This document shows, in pieces, positions 1-9,344 of a stretch of 64,000 nt of DNA. Origin of the DNA: an uncultured Gammaproteobacteria bacterium. Its GTDB lineage: Bacteria; Patescibacteriota; Patescibacteriia; UBA11705; JABHMO01. The stretch is from positions 18,574 to 82,573 of the forward strand of contig CAYSUN010000001.1 of assembly GCA_964434235.1 (NCBI GenBank), written 5' to 3'. The position numbers and the translations under genes are program-made. Under the pieces are notes generated by a model. The model searched no databases and was not told the origin of the DNA. It saw nothing but the letters and a program-made list of their open reading frames with translations. Every line of letters starts with the position of its first letter. Positions within the stretch are counted from its first letter, which is position 1.

Positions 1-59
1 TTGTCGGGGAAATTGTTGGAGGGACTCAAACTTTAGCGAGTGGAACAGAACATAGTCAA

Positions 60-197
60 ATGAAAAAAATAATATTGATTGTGTTTTCGCTTTTACTTGT
101 AATTAATTTATTTTTTCTTGGGAAATATAAAACTCAATTATTGCAAAAATTTATAAAGAAAGTTCCTTGGTTCAAGGGTCGCCCAGCCCTTGAATAA
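60..197 (+). CDS. possible small hydrophobic peptide (45 aa, MKKIILIVFSLLLVINLFFLGKYK...)
   Basis: Short ATG..TAA ORF upstream of the VirB6-like gene with one predicted TM segment; read by eye, not in the ORF track (<60 aa); no recognisable SD. Confidence 0.15.
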   Translation: MKKIILIVFSLLLVINLFFLGKYKTQLLQKFIKKVPWFKGRPALE

Positions 198-288
198 TTA
201 AATTTGCGTTGTGTACAACTTTTTGATTTTAGCTTTGTTCCTAAACAAAAATTGTGTTATAATATAATCAAGATTTAATATTACTTGA

Positions 289-3200
289 ATGCTCAGTCAG
301 TTCAAGAAAATTTTTCATAGCCTTAGTGATAAACTGGGAAAGATATTCCGCTTTGTTAGGTTTTTGATTTGGCCAAAAAATAAGTGGGTCGGTAGGTTGA
401 TGCCTTTTGGTTTTGTGGCTGGTTTGCTTCCATTGACTGTTCATGCTGGTTTGTCTGAATTTCTTCTGTTCTTATTAAATTTCCTTTTATTTAAAATTGC
501 TCAATTGCTGGGTTGGATTGTTATGCAGATATTCGGAGTAGTTTTGATTGTTTCATCTTATAATAATTTTGTTACTCATCCAGCAGTTATCAAAGGTTGG
601 GTCTTGATGCGCGACATGTGTAATTTGTTTTTTGTGATGATTTTGCTTGTTATTGCTTTCATGGTTATTTTGCAAGTTAAAAAGTATGAGCCAACAAAAA
701 TGCTGTACCGAGTAGTGTTAGCTGCAATTTTGGTTAATTTTTCTAAATTGATTTGTGGTATAGTTATAGATTTTGCTCAGGTTGTAATGATGACTTTTGT
801 TAATGGATATGCAGCTTCAGCTGGTGGTAATTTAGTTAATGCTTTAAATTTGGATAGTTTATTATCGCTCAGTACTGATGAAAATATGGACACTGAAGCT
901 GCTTTCCAGATAACAGTAGCCATGATAGCAGCGATTGTTGTTTTAGTGGCGACTATTGTCGTTGTTTTCTTTATTTTAATTTTGTTAACACTTCGAATAA
1001 CTCAATTGTGGATATTAGTAGTTTTATCTCCATTTGCTTTTACTTTGGAAGCAGTACCAGTAGGGGGGTTTCAACAGCAAGCGTCCAAGTGGTTTACTCA
1101 ATTTGGTTGGACAGTAGCAGTTGGTCCGTTTATGGCTTTTTTCCTTTGGCTTAGTTTACTTGTTATGTCTGATCCTGGAGCAATAGTTGGAGACCTGAGT
1201 ACAGCTAGAAAAGTTCAATCAGTTAATAAGGCAAACTTTACTGATACGGGTGGCCATGCAACGGCCACAACAATGGAAGGTCTAACTCAAGCGGCTATTG
1301 GTTTGTCTATGCTTTTTGGTTCATTGATGATTGCTCAGGAAGCTGGAGGTATGATCGGTGATATGGCTTCAAAGGGTGTAGCTTCAACAAAATCAGCTAC
1401 AAAGTGGGCTGCTAATAAAATGACAGGTGGCGTGGCTGAAAAAGGTGGTGCAGCTGTCAAAGGTTATCAAGCAAAACGTAATGAGTTTAAACAATTAAAA
1501 TTGGCTAAATATGGACGAGCAGGAGAAAAAGTTATGGGTCTTCAGGCACAAGCGGGTAGAGTTCCTGGATTTCTTCTTAAAAATGTAGCGAGTGGTATTG
1601 GAGCAGTTGGAAAGGCAATTGATAAAAAGCGAGATGCAGCAAGAACTCCAGAAGAACGAGCAGAAAGAGCTAAAAAGAAAGAAGATAAGGCCAAGAATAA
1701 AAAAAAGAAAAGAGATAACCGAGCTAAACAGATAGACAAATATAAGAATAGCGCTTTCGGCAAAACCATGACAAAAAATTGGCAGAGTACAAATCCTATG
1801 GCTGAGATGTTTGCTAAACGAATTAAAACTGCACACCAAAATACAAAAAATGGTGAAGCAAAAGAATATTTGGCTGGTAAAACATTGGATGAACTAAAAG
1901 AAATTGCTAAAAATACCAGCATGCCTAGTACTATTAGAAATATGGGTGCCTTGGAACTTTCTAGAAAAGGTTATGAGGATGACGGTGATGATGTCGCACC
2001 AAACGAGAGAATGTCTGCTATAGAATATGCTAGAAATGCTCGTAATGATTTAGTTCGGTCTGGTGATAAGGAATCACTAAAAGCGTTTGATGATAATCTT
2101 GAAAAAGGACAGGCTAATATTTTATTCCATATCTCAACTGATGCTGAAAAGACTGCAATGGCTAAAAGGATGCAAAAAGGAGACTTGGAGATGAAAAGCC
2201 AGGGGCCAGAAGCTTTTGGAGATGTTGAGTTTATGGATTTTTATCGTAAAACGGTTGGAAACAAAAAATTTACTTCGACTATAAAAGATGCGTCTGGACG
2301 TGGTGAAGCTTATAGTGATGCAGTTAAAGGCTCCATGCCAAATATGGCTGAGCGTGTACATGTAGATTTAGCTGAACGTGGAAGTGCCGAAGGAATACAA
2401 AGAGAATTTGATTCACGCAAAGCCAAGTTGGATAAACAAATACAAGATGCGGAAATTTTAGGCAAGCCAGATGATGTCGCAAGATTGAAAACTGAAAAAA
2501 ATAAATTAGATCTCAATGGTGTTGGTGCGGAGATTAGAAAACAAATTGAAAAAGATCGAGATGGCTTTCAAAATACTCAAGCTTCAATTACTGGTAGTCT
2601 TGAGGATGCTTTTGGTGATAGAGATAATACAACTGGTAAATTAGATGGAAACATGTCATCTAAGGCGTTAGAAAAAATGGCAAAATATATAAAAAAGTCT
2701 GCAGGAAAAAATTTGGCTAATCTGGGTATTGATAAGTCAGCTGAGAAGGCAGAGAGCGAGGATCCAGATAGTGACAAGAAACCATCTACATCAACTATAG
2801 ATACTTTAGCGGATAACGTGAGCGAAAATCAATTAGTTCAAATGCTTAGGTCTGGTGAGGATGGAGCTGGTGACAAAGTTAATATTCTAGTAAGTAGAAT
2901 GTTGACTAGAGCAGACGATCCGGAAAATTCTAACTTAAAGGCGAGGTTGCAAACAATGTTACAGAAAAATAATGAGATAGTTGGTAGTTTAGATGATGAT
3001 GTCAGAAGGCGGGCGACGGAAAATTTCCCACCGGCCGAACCAAAGGCTGACAAAAAGGACGACAAAGATAATAAAGATCAACAAGGGCAACAAGCTTCAA
3101 GCGGGGACAATGCTCAATCTGGAAGTGGTCAAGATAAACCTCAATCTAAATCTAAACCTAAACCACAGGCTCAATCCCAGGCTGATAGCAGTAGTTATAC

Positions 3201-3438
3201 TTATAAAATTGGTGAGCCAGTTGAAATTAAGGGTGATGATGGCACAGTTCAGAAGTGTGAATATGCTGGGCAAGCAAACACGCAAGGTCATGTAAGAATT
3301 AAACAACAAAATGGCGATGTTATTGAAAGAAAATTAGACACTGTTTTGTTTACTAATAAAGTAATAGCTGAAAACATGAGAAAAGATCGAGATGCATTTA
3401 TGAAAAATAGATCTGGTGGTTATGATACTCAAGCATAA
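289..3438 (+). CDS. polytopic membrane protein, VirB6/TrbL (ConG/TcpH)-like type IV secretion component with a long charged C-terminal extension
   Basis: About 8 hydrophobic helices in the first ~330 aa, followed by a ~700-aa K/E/D/Q-rich hydrophilic tail with a small C-terminal beta domain. This architecture (N-terminal 7-8 TM plus a long C-terminal domain) is typical of Gram-positive VirB6 homologues. It sits in an operon with PrgI-like and VirB4 genes. Confidence 0.5.
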   Translation: MLSQFKKIFHSLSDKLGKIFRFVRFLIWPKNKWVGRLMPFGFVAGLLPLTVHAGLSEFLLFLLNFLLFKIAQLLGWIVMQIFGVVLIVSSYNNFVTHPAVIKGWVLMRDMCNLFFVMILLVIAFMVILQVKKYEPTKMLYRVVLAAILVNFSKLICGIVIDFAQVVMMTFVNGYAASAGGNLVNALNLDSLLSLSTDENMDTEAAFQITVAMIAAIVVLVATIVVVFFILILLTLRITQLWILVVLSPFAFTLEAVPVGGFQQQASKWFTQFGWTVAVGPFMAFFLWLSLLVMSDPGAIVGDLSTARKVQSVNKANFTDTGGHATATTMEGLTQAAIGLSMLFGSLMIAQEAGGMIGDMASKGVASTKSATKWAANKMTGGVAEKGGAAVKGYQAKRNEFKQLKLAKYGRAGEKVMGLQAQAGRVPGFLLKNVASGIGAVGKAIDKKRDAARTPEERAERAKKKEDKAKNKKKKRDNRAKQIDKYKNSAFGKTMTKNWQSTNPMAEMFAKRIKTAHQNTKNGEAKEYLAGKTLDELKEIAKNTSMPSTIRNMGALELSRKGYEDDGDDVAPNERMSAIEYARNARNDLVRSGDKESLKAFDDNLEKGQANILFHISTDAEKTAMAKRMQKGDLEMKSQGPEAFGDVEFMDFYRKTVGNKKFTSTIKDASGRGEAYSDAVKGSMPNMAERVHVDLAERGSAEGIQREFDSRKAKLDKQIQDAEILGKPDDVARLKTEKNKLDLNGVGAEIRKQIEKDRDGFQNTQASITGSLEDAFGDRDNTTGKLDGNMSSKALEKMAKYIKKSAGKNLANLGIDKSAEKAESEDPDSDKKPSTSTIDTLADNVSENQLVQMLRSGEDGAGDKVNILVSRMLTRADDPENSNLKARLQTMLQKNNEIVGSLDDDVRRRATENFPPAEPKADKKDDKDNKDQQGQQASSGDNAQSGSGQDKPQSKSKPKPQAQSQADSSSYTYKIGEPVEIKGDDGTVQKCEYAGQANTQGHVRIKQQNGDVIERKLDTVLFTNKVIAENMRKDRDAFMKNRSGGYDTQA

Positions 3439-3450
3439 TAATTTATTAAA

Positions 3451-5013
3451 ATGACTACAAATAAAAAAACAATTCCAGTACTAAAACAAATAGAACTACC
3501 AGAAAACGTAGCCAATGCTTTGTATAGCGAATTCGGTTATTCTTTAAATAATCAAATTAATAATGAACATGAATTAACTGTTATTCAAAGTTTTTCACTT
3601 GTGAAATTGCAAAATGATTTGTTTTTCAAAAAAGTTGAAGTGTCTGATATTGTACAAGAAATAATTGAGTGTTTGGGTATAAATAAAATCAAGGCAAAAA
3701 AAATTGCTTTAGATGTTTTGGGTAAAAAAATGTTATTACTTGATACTAAGTGGTTTGAGGGCGAAGTAAGTAAAAAAATAACCGAGCTTGGTGGAAATGT
3801 CAAAGATTATAAAGAAATCACTAATAAGTATATTGAAGAGGTTGTCCAAGAAACATTTTATCGTGAATTGTCAGAACAAAAAGAAAAACAAGCTGAAGAG
3901 GCGGAAAAATTAAGTCTTGTGGAAGAGATTGAAGCAGAGGCAGCGGTAGTTAAAGATCCTGAAGGAGAGAAAAAAGCAGCGATCGAAATATTTAGTAATA
4001 AGCTCAAAGATTTGTTGTATGTTAATGATTATGTGTTGAAAATTGAATTAAATATTAGATTGATTACGTTGCTTTTGCAAGAAATGGATGAAGGTGAATT
4101 AAAATCTTTTCATAGCAACTTGTTAAAAGCGATAAAAGAAAATCAAGAATTGATTACTGAACAAAAGATTAATTTAAAAGGCGAATTAGTCGAGCCAACT
4201 GTGGCTAATTGGGTCAAAAATTTTATTCGTGAAGTTGGTTTGGAGGGATCTCAAGTAAACTCATTGAAAAAAGCTAAATATTTAAGTAGCGCTGATAATA
4301 TTCAAGGTTTAAATGAAAACGAGAAAAGAGCAGTTGGTAATTTGTTTTTCCTTTATACTGCCCTAGAAACTTTTTACATTTTGGTGGAAAAATCTGGCAT
4401 TGATGATGTTCTGATACTGCAGTTAACTCCAGAAGAACAACAAGAGTTGAAGCAAGATGTGAAAAAAGCTGAAGAAGAAGATGACAAACAGTCAAAAACA
4501 AAATTAAATGAAGCTGGTGAATCAAAACCTGTGGATATTATGCAGTTGTATTTAGGTAGAGCTGAAGATAGAGAAAAAATCGACACAATTAAACAGCAAT
4601 TATCAATAGATACTCGTCGAGAATACGATAAAGTGGCTGATTACTTGAATGAAAATTTAAAGTCTAGATTTAAATTAAATATTATTGCGGCTATTGAGCT
4701 TTTGGCAGAAATTGGGTCGCTTGATGATTTACTTGCTCACGATGAAAGATATCAAGCGTATATGTACGGATTTTTTAAGCGTAATAATTTACAAGGTGAA
4801 GAAATCGAGTTCAAAAAAAATCCAGTGCAAGCTAAGTACGTTCAATATTTCTTAATGTTTGTATTTATGGAAAGACTTGGAATGAATAATGACAAAGCTG
4901 CTAGATTGGCTGCTAATGTTTCTCAAATATTTATGGCTCAAGGTGTTAGTCAATATGCTCAATTAGCGTACCTTGATTTGAATGATCATCAATTTAAATG
5001 GAGTGATTTATGA
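3451..5013 (+). CDS. hypothetical protein (acidic, coiled-coil-rich) of the T4SS-like operon
   Basis: 520-aa ORF 12 bp downstream of the VirB6-like gene; no motif recognised. Confidence 0.5.
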   Translation: MTTNKKTIPVLKQIELPENVANALYSEFGYSLNNQINNEHELTVIQSFSLVKLQNDLFFKKVEVSDIVQEIIECLGINKIKAKKIALDVLGKKMLLLDTKWFEGEVSKKITELGGNVKDYKEITNKYIEEVVQETFYRELSEQKEKQAEEAEKLSLVEEIEAEAAVVKDPEGEKKAAIEIFSNKLKDLLYVNDYVLKIELNIRLITLLLQEMDEGELKSFHSNLLKAIKENQELITEQKINLKGELVEPTVANWVKNFIREVGLEGSQVNSLKKAKYLSSADNIQGLNENEKRAVGNLFFLYTALETFYILVEKSGIDDVLILQLTPEEQQELKQDVKKAEEEDDKQSKTKLNEAGESKPVDIMQLYLGRAEDREKIDTIKQQLSIDTRREYDKVADYLNENLKSRFKLNIIAAIELLAEIGSLDDLLAHDERYQAYMYGFFKRNNLQGEEIEFKKNPVQAKYVQYFLMFVFMERLGMNNDKAARLAANVSQIFMAQGVSQYAQLAYLDLNDHQFKWSDL

Positions 5014-6230
5014 TATCTAATTTACAAGATGGCTATGTCTTGGTCAAAGATAAGGATGGAGAACTGAAATATTACAAAGAGGGAAAATTCTTCAGTATTG
5101 CAGAAATAGAAAAACAAAGACAAATAGCTTTACAAAAAAATACTAGTCCGAAAGAAAAAGTAGAACTTAAACCTGCTTATAGTTTTGATACTGTTAAACG
5201 TTCGGTTCAAGTTAAACAACCAGATCAAGTGAAGCAATCAGTTCAAGTTAGGCAACTGCCTGAAGATATAAGAAAAGAATTAAGAAAAATTGGTCCAGAA
5301 ATAGAAATCCCTAAATCGCACAAAAAACCTATTTTTCCGAGTAAATTGAAACCCTTGGATCTTGAACCAGAAGAGTTGAAACCGCACAGTGATTTTCATG
5401 AAAGAAGAAATCAAGATCAAGAATTGGTGCAAAAAAAAGTTGACGAAGTGATTGAAAGATTGAAAATTAAATTTAGTGATTCAAGTATAGAAAAAAGATT
5501 TAGAAATATTCTTCTAACTTATTTTCGTGGTATTCGTAAAGACAAAGAATTAGTCTATGTGCTTGGTTTGCCTAAAATAAGTGGTGGCATGGAATTGGAT
5601 GACACGAAGATTAAGATTATTTTGTCAGTTATTAACCAGCATGTGGAAGAATTAGAAAAAGATAGAAGACATTTGGCCAGTAAACCGTTGGCTGATGATA
5701 TTCAAGCGGTTGCTGATATGGAGCATAGATTGGCTCCACCACCACCAGCGATTATTCAAGATAATTCAAAGAATAATCAAGTGGAAAAAAATAGATTTCA
5801 GGCTAGGACTATGCCTAAGCCAGCTATTCAGCGTCCAACGCCAGTTAGTTTGAGTGCTAAAAGACCAGATAGACCGACAATTACAGATATAAAAAGAAGA
5901 CGTTTAATTGGGCCAGTCGAAGAACTTGAAATGATGAATATAGAAAATTTAAGAAGATTGGGAGAGAATGAACATGAAATTATGGAAGAAGTTTTGGAAA
6001 AAATTCAGATTTTAGCAGAGCAATCTTTATTAAAAAAGATTGAAGGTATTAATGCGTGGAAAAGTTCAGCTATCTATAAACTTTATTTGCAAATGACCTA
6101 TGAAGCTATTGTGAATAAGCGAAGTATTGCTGATATTATTGAACAACGGCAATTGAAAAATCAAGAAACTTTAACTTTAAGTGAATATGAAATGTTAGGA
6201 AATATAAATTCTAAATTGAATCTAGCCTAA
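5010..6230 (+). CDS. hypothetical protein with Pro-rich linker, T4SS-like operon
   Basis: ATGA start/stop overlap with the upstream gene (translational coupling); contains PPPPA and repeated VKQSVQV motifs. Confidence 0.5.
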   Translation: MISNLQDGYVLVKDKDGELKYYKEGKFFSIAEIEKQRQIALQKNTSPKEKVELKPAYSFDTVKRSVQVKQPDQVKQSVQVRQLPEDIRKELRKIGPEIEIPKSHKKPIFPSKLKPLDLEPEELKPHSDFHERRNQDQELVQKKVDEVIERLKIKFSDSSIEKRFRNILLTYFRGIRKDKELVYVLGLPKISGGMELDDTKIKIILSVINQHVEELEKDRRHLASKPLADDIQAVADMEHRLAPPPPAIIQDNSKNNQVEKNRFQARTMPKPAIQRPTPVSLSAKRPDRPTITDIKRRRLIGPVEELEMMNIENLRRLGENEHEIMEEVLEKIQILAEQSLLKKIEGINAWKSSAIYKLYLQMTYEAIVNKRSIADIIEQRQLKNQETLTLSEYEMLGNINSKLNLA

Positions 6231-6231
6231 T

Positions 6232-6690
6232 ATGCAACAATTTTTAGTCCCACAATTTATTGACGTTGAAGACAAAATCATCGGTCCTATTACCACAAGA
6301 CAGTTTGTGGAAGTTTTGGCGGGTGTTTTGTTTACTTTTATTTTTTATAAACTTTTAGCTTTTACATATTTTATTTTTGCAGCAATAATTATTTTGCCTT
6401 CAACTGGAATTATTGCTTTTGCAAAAGTTAGTGGACGGCCAATTCATTTTTTCTTGTTAAACTTTTTGCAAACTAGTAAAAGGCCAGCTCTTCGAGTTTG
6501 GAATCGGGCAGCCTATGTTAAGCAAGTTCAAGAAATAAAAAGTGAAATTAAGGAAAAGCCAAAGCCCCAGATTGTTAAAAATGTAATTTCCGGTTCAAGG
6601 TTAAGAGACGTTTCTTTGATTGTTAATACTGGTGGCGTTTATGAGTCGCATGAACCTGTTGTTGATGATAAATTAATGGCTAATAAATAA
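6232..6690 (+). CDS. PrgI/VirB3-like small membrane protein
   Basis: N-terminus FIDVEDKIIGPITTRQFVEVLAGVLF followed by two TM helices resembles the PrgI-family (Gram-positive VirB3) signature; immediately precedes the VirB4 genes, as PrgI precedes PrgJ. Confidence 0.5.
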   Translation: MQQFLVPQFIDVEDKIIGPITTRQFVEVLAGVLFTFIFYKLLAFTYFIFAAIIILPSTGIIAFAKVSGRPIHFFLLNFLQTSKRPALRVWNRAAYVKQVQEIKSEIKEKPKPQIVKNVISGSRLRDVSLIVNTGGVYESHEPVVDDKLMANK

Positions 6691-6724
6691 ATTTATATAA
6701 GTTAACATAAGATTATCAAGAAAT

Positions 6725-7393
6725 ATGGCTACAAAAAGCAGAATAACAACATCAACACAACTTTTTTTGGATATTGCAGAAATAAAAAATAATACTGTAA
6801 TAATGAAAGATGGAACACTTCGAGCAGTTTTAATGGTTTCAAGTGTCAATTTTGCCCTTAAATCTGAAGATGAGCAAGAAGCTTTGGTTTCTTCTTATGT
6901 AACCTTTTTGAATTATTTAGATTTCCCATTACAAATAGTAATTCAATCCAGGAAATTGGATATTGATAACTATTTAAAGAGAATAGAAGTTGCAGAAAAA
7001 GATTTAACTAATGAATTGCTTAAAAAACAAATAGTTGATTATAAAAATTATATTAATGAATTGGTTGAACTTGGTGATATTATGACTAAACATTTTTTTG
7101 TTGTTGTGCCGTACAGTGTTTTGGAAAGCAAGAAAAATGGATTTTTTGATAAAGTAGGTGCAGTTTTCACTCCGGCAAGAGTAATTCGTCTTAAAACTGA
7201 TAAATTTGAAAAATATTTACATGATTTAAATCAAAGAGTTGAGCATGTTTCTTCTAATATTACTTCACTTGGCATTACAGCAGTTCGATTGGATACCCAA
7301 AGTTTAATAGAGCTTTATTATAATGTTTATAATCCTGTTATGGCCAAGAGCCAAAAATTAGTAGATATTGATGAGCTAAGGGTAGAAAGATAA
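6725..7393 (+). CDS. VirB4/TraC-family N-terminal domain, encoded as a separate ORF
   Basis: FLDIAEIKNNTVIMKDGTLRAVLMVSSVNFALKSEDEQEALVSSYVTFLNYLDFPLQIVIQS matches the conserved N-terminal region of CagE/TrbE/VirB4-type ATPases; ends with TAATAA, 33 nt before the ATPase ORF. Confidence 0.5.
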   Translation: MATKSRITTSTQLFLDIAEIKNNTVIMKDGTLRAVLMVSSVNFALKSEDEQEALVSSYVTFLNYLDFPLQIVIQSRKLDIDNYLKRIEVAEKDLTNELLKKQIVDYKNYINELVELGDIMTKHFFVVVPYSVLESKKNGFFDKVGAVFTPARVIRLKTDKFEKYLHDLNQRVEHVSSNITSLGITAVRLDTQSLIELYYNVYNPVMAKSQKLVDIDELRVER

Positions 7394-7426
7394 TAATTTA
7401 TAATTTTAAATCTTGTATAATAAAAT

Positions 7427-9334
7427 ATGTTTAAACCCAATGATGTCAAGAAAAAACCAGTTTCTTCTGAGATACCAATTCCTAAATTAGAAATACTTAA
7501 CGAAACTGCTTCTATTAAAAATGAGGAAGTAAAAGCTTCAAAACAAAAAGAAGTTTTGGAACAAGAAAAAACGTATCGTAAGGGAATAACTTCGGTTTTG
7601 GATATAGTTGCTCCGGCTGCGTTTGAAGTAAATCCTGATCATGTTCGAATTGGCGGACTTTTTGCTAGAACTCTTTTTGTCATGACTTATCCAAGATATA
7701 TTAACGTTGGTTGGTTTTCTCCAGTTATAAACTATAACGCAACTTTGGATATTAGCATGTTTTTTTATCCAATTGAGGCTGGTGTAGTTTTGAAACAATT
7801 AAAAAATAAAGTTGGTATTTTAACAGCCCAGTTAACTTCAGATTCAGAAAAAGGAGCTCCTCGTGATCCACTTAGAGAAACAGCCCTTCAAGATATTGAG
7901 CAACTTCGAGATGATATTACTCAGGGTACTGAAAAGTTTTTTCAATATGCGTTATATGTAACTTTGTATGAAAAAACTATTAGTGAGTTGGATGTTTTAA
8001 CTGAAGACGTTGAAACTGTACTGGGAACAAGGTCAATAATTTCTAAACGGGTATTTTATCAAGCAGAGCAAGGCTTTAATTCAACAATTCCTATTTCTAA
8101 TGATGAATTAATGATAACTGCTAATCTTAATTCTTCCCCAATTGCTGCTTCATTCCCATTTATGTCCTCGGAGCTTACTTCTGATGATGGAGTTTTATTT
8201 GGTATTAATCGACATAATAACAGTTTAATTTTGTTCGATCGATTTTCTTTGCAAAATGCTAATGCCTGTGTGTTCGCTACTTCTGGAGCTGGTAAAAGTT
8301 ATACTATAAAACTGGAAATTTTGCGGAGTATGATGCTTGGAACAGATGTGATTATTATTGATCCAGAAAGAGAATATAAAAATTTGAATGACGCGGTTGG
8401 TGGAACTTATGTAAATATTTCCTTGAATTCTGATAGTAAAATTAATCCTTTTGATTTACCTCGAAAAATGGGTGATATGTCGGCGGCTGATGTTATCCGA
8501 AGTGCAGTCATTACTTTGAAAGGTTTAATGCGAATTATGCTTGGAAAAATGACTTTTCAAGAAGATTCTATTATGGATAGAGCTTTAATTGAAACTTATG
8601 CTAAAAAAGATATTACTGGTGAATCTGATCTAACCACAATCGAACCACCAATTATGCAGGATTTGTATGATGTTCTTGATGGAATGGATGGTGGAGCTGA
8701 TTTAGCTTTACGTTTGAAAAAATATACTTCGGGAACATTTTCTGGTTTATTTAATTCACCGACTAATGTAGACATGGCCAATCAATTAGTTTGTTTTAGT
8801 GTGCGTGACTTGGAAGATGAACTTCGACCAATGGCAATTTATAACATTGTTAATTATATTTGGAATGTAGTTCGATCGGAAGTAAAAAAGAGAATTTTGG
8901 TAATTGATGAAGCTTGGTGGTTATTGCAACATGAAGATTCAGCAAAATTTATTCACGCTTTAGTAAAAAGATGTCGTAAATATTATTTGGGAGTTACAAC
9001 TATTACACAGGATGTAAATGATTTTCTTTTGTCTCAATATGGTCAAGCGATTGTAACAAATTCAGCTTTGAAAATTTTGTTAAAACAAGCTCCTTCAGCT
9101 ATGGATTTGATTCAAAAAACTTTTCAATTAACTGAAGGTGAAAAATATTTACTTTTAGAATGTAATGTTGGTGAAGGAATTTTCTTTGCTGGTAGTCGTC
9201 ATGCTGCGATGAAAGTTGTGGCTTCTCCGCTTGAAGATAGAATGATTACAACTGATCCTCGACAGTTGTTAGCACAGGAAAAACAGAGAGAAGAAGAAGA
9301 GGCTAAGGAAGCTGAAAGAGAAAATACAGTTTGA
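7427..9334 (+). CDS. virB4: VirB4-like type IV secretion ATPase (central and C-terminal ATPase part)
   Basis: Walker A FATSGAGKSYT; Walker B ILVIDEAWWLL (the DEAW motif typical of VirB4/TraC); N-terminal region with the PRYINVGWFSPVIN..LDISMFFYPI motif seen in Gram-positive VirB4 (TcpF/PrgJ-like). Confidence 0.8.
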   Translation: MFKPNDVKKKPVSSEIPIPKLEILNETASIKNEEVKASKQKEVLEQEKTYRKGITSVLDIVAPAAFEVNPDHVRIGGLFARTLFVMTYPRYINVGWFSPVINYNATLDISMFFYPIEAGVVLKQLKNKVGILTAQLTSDSEKGAPRDPLRETALQDIEQLRDDITQGTEKFFQYALYVTLYEKTISELDVLTEDVETVLGTRSIISKRVFYQAEQGFNSTIPISNDELMITANLNSSPIAASFPFMSSELTSDDGVLFGINRHNNSLILFDRFSLQNANACVFATSGAGKSYTIKLEILRSMMLGTDVIIIDPEREYKNLNDAVGGTYVNISLNSDSKINPFDLPRKMGDMSAADVIRSAVITLKGLMRIMLGKMTFQEDSIMDRALIETYAKKDITGESDLTTIEPPIMQDLYDVLDGMDGGADLALRLKKYTSGTFSGLFNSPTNVDMANQLVCFSVRDLEDELRPMAIYNIVNYIWNVVRSEVKKRILVIDEAWWLLQHEDSAKFIHALVKRCRKYYLGVTTITQDVNDFLLSQYGQAIVTNSALKILLKQAPSAMDLIQKTFQLTEGEKYLLLECNVGEGIFFAGSRHAAMKVVASPLEDRMITTDPRQLLAQEKQREEEEAKEAERENTV

Positions 9335-9344
9335 AAACAAAAAA

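Noticed and set aside
1-288. Promoter call upstream of the VirB6-like gene (TGTTATAATATAAT near 255-268)
   Set aside because: Plausible -10 element but AT-rich context makes such matches frequent; mentioned only here, not asserted as a feature
1495-3309. Multiple minus-strand ORFs (1495-1839, 1542-1922, 2134-2361, 2310-2516, 2577-2777, 2838-3065, 3097-3309) and a + ORF 2993-3295 inside the VirB6-like gene
   Set aside because: All lie within, antisense to, or out of frame with the long 289-3438 ORF in its lysine/glutamate-rich low-complexity region, which generates stop-free antisense frames; no independent start/SD signals
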